Source of the DNA: an uncultured Gemmatimonadales bacterium
GTDB taxonomy: Bacteria > Gemmatimonadota > Gemmatimonadetes > Gemmatimonadales > GWC2-71-9
Direction: 5' to 3'
Length of the DNA stretch: 64,000 nt
Assembly: GCA_963695555.1 (NCBI GenBank)
Contig: CAVOGR010000001.1
Coordinates: forward strand, 768,001 to 832,000
Below, one piece after another: positions 58,266-64,000 of this stretch. How positions within the stretch are numbered: position 1 is the stretch's first letter; every line of letters starts with the position of its first letter. A model generated the notes under the pieces. The model was not told the DNA's origin, did not search any database, and saw only the letters and a program-made list of their open reading frames with translations. The position numbers and the translations under genes were made by a program.

Positions 58266-59534
58266 ATGCCTGCCATCACACGGCGTCAGACCGTGACCAC
58301 CAGGGTCGGGGACGTGCCCATCGGGTCCGACCACCCGGTGGTGGTCCAGTCGATGACCAACACCGATACCGCCGACGTGGCGACCACCGCGGGCCAGGTG
58401 GCGGCCTTGGCCGAAGCCGGCAGCGAGCTGGTGCGCGTAACGGTGAACACCGATGCGGCCGCCCAGGCGGTGCCGGCAATCGTCGGTGCACTGGCCCAGC
58501 AGGGGGTTTCGGTTCCCATCATCGGCGACTTCCACTACAACGGGCATCTCCTTCTGGCCAGGTATCCGGACTGCGCCCGGGCGCTCGCGAAGTACCGGAT
58601 CAATCCGGGCAATGTCGGGGGCAAACGCCGTGATGAGAATTTCCGGACCATCATCGAGGTGGCGCTCGCTAATGACAAGCCGATCCGAATTGGAGTGAAC
58701 TGGGGATCGCTCAATCAGGAGCTCCTGACCGAGCTCATGGACGCGAACGCCCGTCGGCCGGAGCCGCGCGATGCCCGGGCCGTCACCATGGACGCGATGA
58801 GCTTGAGCGCGCTCAGGTCGGCCGAGTTCGCTGAGGCGCTCGGCCTGCCGCACGATCGGATCATCTTGAGCGCCAAGGTATCCGGCGTCCAGGACCTCAT
58901 CAGCGTCTACCGCATCCTGGCGGGGCAATGCGACTATCCGCTCCATCTCGGCTTGACCGAGGCAGGGCTGGGCGCCAAGGGTGTCGTGGCCAGCACCGCC
59001 GCGCTGGCGGTGCTGCTCCAAGAGGGCATCGGCGATACGATCCGGATCTCGCTCACTCCAGCGCCGGGCGGCGATCGGACCGAAGAAGTGCGAGTGGGCC
59101 AGCAGATCCTGCAGTCACTGGGGCTCAGAAGCTTCACGCCACAGGTCACGGCCTGTCCGGGGTGCGGCCGAACGACCAGCACGTTCTTCCAGAAGATGGC
59201 CCAGGACATTCAAGAGTACCTGCGCCGCAAGATGCCGGTGTGGCGGAGCGAGCGACCGGGCGTCGAAGAGATGACGGTTGCCGTGATGGGATGCGTGGTG
59301 AATGGCCCGGGAGAATCGAAGCATGCCGATATCGGCATTTCGCTCCCGGGAACATTCGAGGACCCCAAGGCGCCGGTTTACGTGGACGGCGCGCTCACGG
59401 TCACGCTCAAGGGAGCCAACATCGTTCCCGAGTTTCTGGCGATTCTTGATGACTACGTGGCGACTCGGTACGCTACCGCCGCCGAGCCGGCTTCTGTGGC
59501 CCGGCCGCGCGAGCGAGCCGACGCCCGCGGGTAG
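58266..59534 (+). CDS. ispG: (E)-4-hydroxy-3-methylbut-2-enyl-diphosphate synthase
   Basis: [42 protein letters not shown]. Confidence 0.97.
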   Translation: MPAITRRQTVTTRVGDVPIGSDHPVVVQSMTNTDTADVATTAGQVAALAEAGSELVRVTVNTDAAAQAVPAIVGALAQQGVSVPIIGDFHYNGHLLLARYPDCARALAKYRINPGNVGGKRRDENFRTIIEVALANDKPIRIGVNWGSLNQELLTELMDANARRPEPRDARAVTMDAMSLSALRSAEFAEALGLPHDRIILSAKVSGVQDLISVYRILAGQCDYPLHLGLTEAGLGAKGVVASTAALAVLLQEGIGDTIRISLTPAPGGDRTEEVRVGQQILQSLGLRSFTPQVTACPGCGRTTSTFFQKMAQDIQEYLRRKMPVWRSERPGVEEMTVAVMGCVVNGPGESKHADIGISLPGTFEDPKAPVYVDGALTVTLKGANIVPEFLAILDDYVATRYATAAEPASVARPRERADARG

Positions 59535-59535
59535 C

Positions 59536-60066
59536 ATGGTTCCGGTACTCATGACGGGCTCCTCTCGGAATCGGCTCCTAATCCTGGTGGCCGCGGCACT
59601 TCCCCTCGCCGGCGTGGCCCGCGCGCAAGACATGACCGAGGTCGAGGCCGGCCAGCCGGCACCCGTTGTGAGCATCAACGATCTCGATGGCCGCCCGGTC
59701 AACTTGGGCGATTATGTGGGTCATGAGCCCGTCTTCCTCCTGTTCTGGGCCACCTGGTGCGAGCAGTGCCAGGCGCTGTTGCCGAAGGTGCGGGACGCAG
59801 CACGGGCATATGGCGATCGGATGAAGTTCTTTGGCATCAACGTGACCGTGGGCGAAACTCCGGCGAGAGTCCGGGAGTACGTGGCCAAGCACGATCCCCC
59901 GTATCAGGTTCTGTACGACACGGAAGGCGTGAGCCAGCGGGCGTACGGAGTCCTGGCGACCGCCTTCGTGGTGATCGTCGATCGGCGGGGGACCATCGTC
60001 TACACGGGATACGGGCCAGGCCAGCGGCTCGACGAGGCGCTGGCCCGGGCGATTGGGGGCTCATGA
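59536..60066 (+). CDS. TlpA/ResA-like thioredoxin (exported disulfide reductase)
   Basis: Signal peptide; FWATWCEQC. Confidence 0.85.
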   Translation: MVPVLMTGSSRNRLLILVAAALPLAGVARAQDMTEVEAGQPAPVVSINDLDGRPVNLGDYVGHEPVFLLFWATWCEQCQALLPKVRDAARAYGDRMKFFGINVTVGETPARVREYVAKHDPPYQVLYDTEGVSQRAYGVLATAFVVIVDRRGTIVYTGYGPGQRLDEALARAIGGS

Positions 60067-60911
60067 TGCGTTGGCGAGTCGGGGTAGGAGCGGCCGCCCT
60101 CGGGCTGATTGGTGTGGTTTCGGGCGTGGCTTTCAACCCGGGGAATTTGAGCGCACAAGGAGCCGACGGCCCTTCCGGCCCGGAATGGCGTCTCGAGGGT
60201 CTGGAGCTCAGTTTCTGCGTCGACTTTCTCATCGAACTCGCGTCGGCAGACAAACGGCTTCCCAAAGGATTTCAGCCGGTAGCTGCGGCTCGGTTTGCGC
60301 AACTCCATCCGGCACTTCGGAGCATGATCGATGCGGAGCCGGTCTACCGCGACTGGATTCCCTCGGCCCTCTGTACCTATGGCGCCGCGGTCGTCGAAGT
60401 GGACGGTCGTCGCTATGGCCAAAGTGGGTCCGGCTCTCGGCAAATGGTTGGGATGTGGGCCATCGCCGGAACCCCTGAGGAGAACGGGACCGATAGCCTG
60501 TGGGTCGTGTCGGAGTTCCTGACGGGCAACGACCGGATCAAACGAGCGGCCGAGGGGAGTCTGCTTCGCCTCCGGGAGATCGACGAGGTGGTGGGGGAAG
60601 ACTCCGAGAGTGGCGAGGACATGCACGGGCTCAAGATTGGAAAGACCAGGGTCACCTGGATTGGCCATCTCGGGGGAGACTCGACCAGGGCAGCGGAACC
60701 TGGGCACGAGGTGTGGTGGCTCAAAGGAAACCGCGGAACGACCTGGCTGGCCCGGCTCTCCAGAGAGCCGGTTTGGCGCCAGCCGATGGTTGGCGGACTC
60801 CGGATTGAGGGCAAGGACGACCTGGCCAAAGCACTCAAGTCCTCACCGATCAGGATGTTGGGTCCTGCCTTCTGGGGAGGTGGAGCAACACTGGTCTTCG
60901 AGCGCCAATAG
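60063..60911 (+). CDS. hypothetical secreted protein
   Basis: Signal-like N-terminus; start overlaps the upstream stop (ATGA). Confidence 0.6.
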   Translation: MMRWRVGVGAAALGLIGVVSGVAFNPGNLSAQGADGPSGPEWRLEGLELSFCVDFLIELASADKRLPKGFQPVAAARFAQLHPALRSMIDAEPVYRDWIPSALCTYGAAVVEVDGRRYGQSGSGSRQMVGMWAIAGTPEENGTDSLWVVSEFLTGNDRIKRAAEGSLLRLREIDEVVGEDSESGEDMHGLKIGKTRVTWIGHLGGDSTRAAEPGHEVWWLKGNRGTTWLARLSREPVWRQPMVGGLRIEGKDDLAKALKSSPIRMLGPAFWGGGATLVFERQ

Positions 60912-60967
60912 CGATGTGGACCCAGTGCCCTGATGGTCCAAGCCAACGCGACAGTGGCGTCACCGAG

Positions 60968-61199
60968 TTTTCAACATCAGACCGATTCCTCAACGCTTTG
61001 TGGAATAAGATGTTAGAGAACCCACTTCGAGTGGAAAACAAGATAGGACCGTAGGGCCTGTTCCTCAGCGGCTCAGCCTATGTTTTTCTGGTTTTCCAGA
61101 TCGTTCGCTGTGGAGAAAAATGGTTTTCCACATCATGTTGGCGGCCGATTTCGAGCCCGAAAATCCGGCCTCCAGCCAAGACGAATGGAATGTGGAAAA
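60968..61199. promoter_or_regulatory. cluster of seven DnaA-box-like 9-mers in an AT-richer intergenic region
   Basis: TTTTCAACA 60968, TGTGGAATA 60999, AGTGGAAAA 61030, TTTTCCAGA 61092, TGTGGAGAA 61109, TTTTCCACA 61124, TGTGGAAAA 61191. Confidence 0.55.
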
Positions 61200-61248
61200 G
61201 TTAAAGATCCCGCCCTGACCTCTGGCTAAGCTCCGTCTCACTTCCTTC

Positions 61249-62727
61249 ATGCGTGAGGATGGCTCATTGCCCAACCGTACCAATGTTCGGCGCACCAAAA
61301 TCGTTGCCACCCTGGGCCCGGCAACCTCCACGCCGGAGGCGATCACCGAGTTGCTGGAGCGTGGCGCCGACGTTTTTCGGGTCAACGCCTCCCACGGCAC
61401 CCCGGAATCCCGCCAGCGACTCATAGCCGACGCCCAGCGGATCATCGCCGCCAGAAAGGAAGCCGGGGCAATCCTGGTGGACCTTCACGGGCCCAGGATC
61501 CGGGTGGGGAGCCTGCCCGAGCCGATCCAGCTCGTGCCCGGCAGCACGGTGGTGTTCGGGTTCGAGGGCGAGGTGACCCAGGGCGAGATCCCTACCACCT
61601 ACCGCGAGCTGGCAGAGGATGTCCGGCCCGGCACGCGGATCCTCCTGAACGACGGACTGCTCGCGGTCGAGGTGACCCGGATCGTCGGCGACAAGGTCGA
61701 GGCCAAGGTCCGTCACGGTGGGGAGTTGTCCTCGAACAAGGGAATGAACCTGCCCGGGACCGAGGTGAGCACGCCCGCGGTCACGGACTCCGACCGGGAA
61801 GAGATCGCCCGCGCGGTGGCTTCCGGGGTCGACTACATCGGCATTTCCTTCGTGCGGCGGCCGCACGAGGTGGAGGAGATCAGGAGTGTGGTCCCGAGCA
61901 CCGTCAAGCTGGTCGCGAAGATCGAGAAGGACACCGCATTGGAACACATGTACGAAATCGTCGAAGCGTCCGATGTGGTGATGGTGGCCCGCGGGGATCT
62001 CGGCGTCGAGCTGGCCTACGAAGAGGTCCCCATGGTGCAGAAGCGCCTGATACGAGCCGCCAATCTCCAGGGCAAGCCGGTGATCACCGCCACGCAGATG
62101 CTGGAGTCGATGGTGCACGCCCCACGACCAACCAGAGCCGAGGCCTCGGATGTGGCCAATGCCATCCTCGATGGCACTGACGCCGTCATGCTCTCAGCCG
62201 AGACCGCCGTCGGCGAGTATCCGGCGCTGGCCGTCGAGGCCATGGACCGGATTGCCCGGGAGGTCGAGAGCTACCGGCAGGGTCGGAGTCCTGCCTTCGA
62301 CCTGGCGATCGGCCGCCGGGGCAGTGGAGAGGACCGGGCCCAGGTTCCGGTGGTCGCGGCCCGGACGTCGGCTGAAGATGCCATCGCGGTCGCCGTGGTC
62401 GCCGCGGCCGAGTTGCTCGGTGTCCCGCTCATCGTCTGCTTCACCAGCAGCGGCTTCACTGCCCGGACGGTGGCCCAGTACCGCCCCAAGGTCCCGATTG
62501 TCGCGGTGACACCCGAGGCCAGCACCTACCGCCAACTCGCCATGGTCTGGGGAGTCGTGCCGGTCCTGGTCGATCACTATCCAACCTACGACACCCTGCT
62601 TCCCGTGGCGCGCGAGCGCATTCTCGCTCGCGGACTCGCGCGCGAGGGTGATCAGGTGGTGGTGACGGCCGGGGTCCCGTTCGACATGCCGGGCACCACC
62701 AATCTCCTCAAGATCGAGTCGGTGTAA
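61249..62727 (+). CDS. pyk: pyruvate kinase
   Basis: RRTKIVATLGPA, VAKIE, MVARGDLGVE, ATQMLESM, PTRAEASDVANA. Confidence 0.97.
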   Translation: MREDGSLPNRTNVRRTKIVATLGPATSTPEAITELLERGADVFRVNASHGTPESRQRLIADAQRIIAARKEAGAILVDLHGPRIRVGSLPEPIQLVPGSTVVFGFEGEVTQGEIPTTYRELAEDVRPGTRILLNDGLLAVEVTRIVGDKVEAKVRHGGELSSNKGMNLPGTEVSTPAVTDSDREEIARAVASGVDYIGISFVRRPHEVEEIRSVVPSTVKLVAKIEKDTALEHMYEIVEASDVVMVARGDLGVELAYEEVPMVQKRLIRAANLQGKPVITATQMLESMVHAPRPTRAEASDVANAILDGTDAVMLSAETAVGEYPALAVEAMDRIAREVESYRQGRSPAFDLAIGRRGSGEDRAQVPVVAARTSAEDAIAVAVVAAAELLGVPLIVCFTSSGFTARTVAQYRPKVPIVAVTPEASTYRQLAMVWGVVPVLVDHYPTYDTLLPVARERILARGLAREGDQVVVTAGVPFDMPGTTNLLKIESV

Positions 62728-62734
62728 GGTGGGG

Positions 62735-63511
62735 ATGACGCTCACGTTCCTCGGTACCGGCACGTCCTTCGGCGTGCCACAGATCGGGTGTCGGTGCCCG
62801 GTGTGCTGCTCCGTCGATCCGCGTGACAAGCGCATGCGGGCCTCGGCGGTGATCCAGACGCCGCGGGCCACCATTCTGTTCGATACCCCGCCGGAACTAC
62901 GGCTCGAGCTCCTCGCTGCCGGACTGAACCACATCGACGCGGTCTGCTACACCCATGAGCATGCCGATCACGTGAGTGGGATCGATGATCTTCGGTTGTT
63001 CACCGTCCGCGACCGGAAGCCTATGCCGATCTTCGGACCGGCCGAGACGCTCGATCGCCTCCGCCAGGGCTTCCGCTACATCTTCGACGATTCGATGGAG
63101 GCGCACCCGGGCACGAGCAAGCCTCGGCTGATTCCCGAGGCCGTCGAACCGGGCCAGGCCTTCGAGGTCGCGGGCGAATCGATTCTTCCGCTGGTGTTCG
63201 CCCACGGCAACATGCGCGTCTTCGGGTACCGGATCGGTCGCGTGGCCTATGTGACCGATGTGAAGACGGTACCAACCCGTGAGCGGGCCGCGCTGCGGGA
63301 CCTCGACGTGCTGGTGTTGAACGCACTGTGGTGGCGCTCGCATCCGACCCATATGAGCATCGCCGAAGCCGTCAGCACCGCGCAAGACCTTGGCGCCGCC
63401 CACACCTATCTGACACATCTCACCCACGAGACCGGGCATGCCGAGCTCGAAGCGGCGTTGCCGCCCGGCATCTCACCGGCCTACGACGGACTGACGGTGG
63501 AGGTCAGCTGA
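62735..63511 (+). CDS. MBL-fold metallo-hydrolase, PhnP-like
   Basis: FLGTGTSFGVP..CRCPVC, THEHADH, YVTD, THLTH. Confidence 0.9.
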   Translation: MTLTFLGTGTSFGVPQIGCRCPVCCSVDPRDKRMRASAVIQTPRATILFDTPPELRLELLAAGLNHIDAVCYTHEHADHVSGIDDLRLFTVRDRKPMPIFGPAETLDRLRQGFRYIFDDSMEAHPGTSKPRLIPEAVEPGQAFEVAGESILPLVFAHGNMRVFGYRIGRVAYVTDVKTVPTRERAALRDLDVLVLNALWWRSHPTHMSIAEAVSTAQDLGAAHTYLTHLTHETGHAELEAALPPGISPAYDGLTVEVS

Positions 63512-64000
63512 TGCGCATCTCTTACGGGCGGATGTTCGCGGATCGCCTGGACGGTCGCCACGGGTTGCCGCGACCACGGCTCAGCGAATTGGCCGCACGA
63601 TTCCCTGTGGTGCAGGCGGAACTCCGCGACCGCCGAAAGAATGGTGAGTACGGATTCTATGACTTGGTCGACCAGGGGTCGACCGTCACCCAAATCACCG
63701 AGTTCGCCGAGGGCCTCGGCCAGGCGTTCGATCACGTGTTGGTGCTCGGGATCGGGGGCTCAGCCCTCGGCGCTCGGGCGCTGCTCGAGGCGCTCAAGCC
63801 GGCCGGATGGAACGAGCTCGACGACGAGGCGCGTGAGTTCTACCCGAAGCTGACCGTGCTGGACAATATCGATCCGGATACGGTCGCGACCACGCTCGCG
63901 CGCATCGACCCCCGGCGCGTGTTGGTGAACGTGGTCTCCAAGTCGGGCGGCACGGCCGAGACGCTGGCCCAGTATCTGGTGGTCAGACGGTGGCTCGAAG
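63511..64000 (+). CDS. pgi: glucose-6-phosphate isomerase, N-terminal part (runs off the window)
   Basis: The frame from ATG 63511 gives VLGIGGSALG, LDNIDP and VSKSGGTAET; not in the ORF track. Confidence 0.9.
   Translation, partial: MRISYGRMFADRLDGRHGLPRPRLSELAARFPVVQAELRDRRKNGEYGFYDLVDQGSTVTQITEFAEGLGQAFDHVLVLGIGGSALGARALLEALKPAGWNELDDEAREFYPKLTVLDNIDPDTVATTLARIDPRRVLVNVVSKSGGTAETLAQYLVVRRWLE

Noticed and set aside
107..63853. Numerous long antisense and alternative-frame ORFs in the track
   Set aside because: They are Arg/Pro/Gly-rich shadows expected in high-GC DNA and overlap well-supported genes.

Overview
High-GC bacterial chromosomal window with dense coding. The gene repertoire (four Hanks-type Ser/Thr kinases, TPR/GWxTD-type secreted proteins, short tandem repeats at gene junctions) suggests a Gemmatimonadota-like organism; this is inference only. 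Left: sodium:solute symporter, a PP2C phosphatase coupled to an FHA-trypsin protease, an amidase, three tandem TPR/GWxTD-like paralogues, a kinase-TonB fusion and class II RNR (nrdJ). Directly after nrdJ lies the best candidate for an undescribed system: a small ORF with three 11-aa Cys/Pro-rich repeats, then a B12-dependent radical SAM enzyme with an extra C-terminal domain, then a degenerate JAB/MPN protein (putative RiPP-like locus). Middle: transporters, kinases, many small accessory genes, tRNA-Arg(TCG), a SufS-like enzyme and a PfkB kinase fused to a Qng1/queuosine-salvage-like domain with an Fe-S motif. Right: ada, ispG, a cluster of DnaA-box-like 9-mers, pyk, a PhnP-like hydrolase and the start of pgi. 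About ten single-base frameshifts look like long-read errors. No CRISPR array, rRNA, integrase or transposase was seen. All family assignments come from motif recognition by eye; no searches were run.
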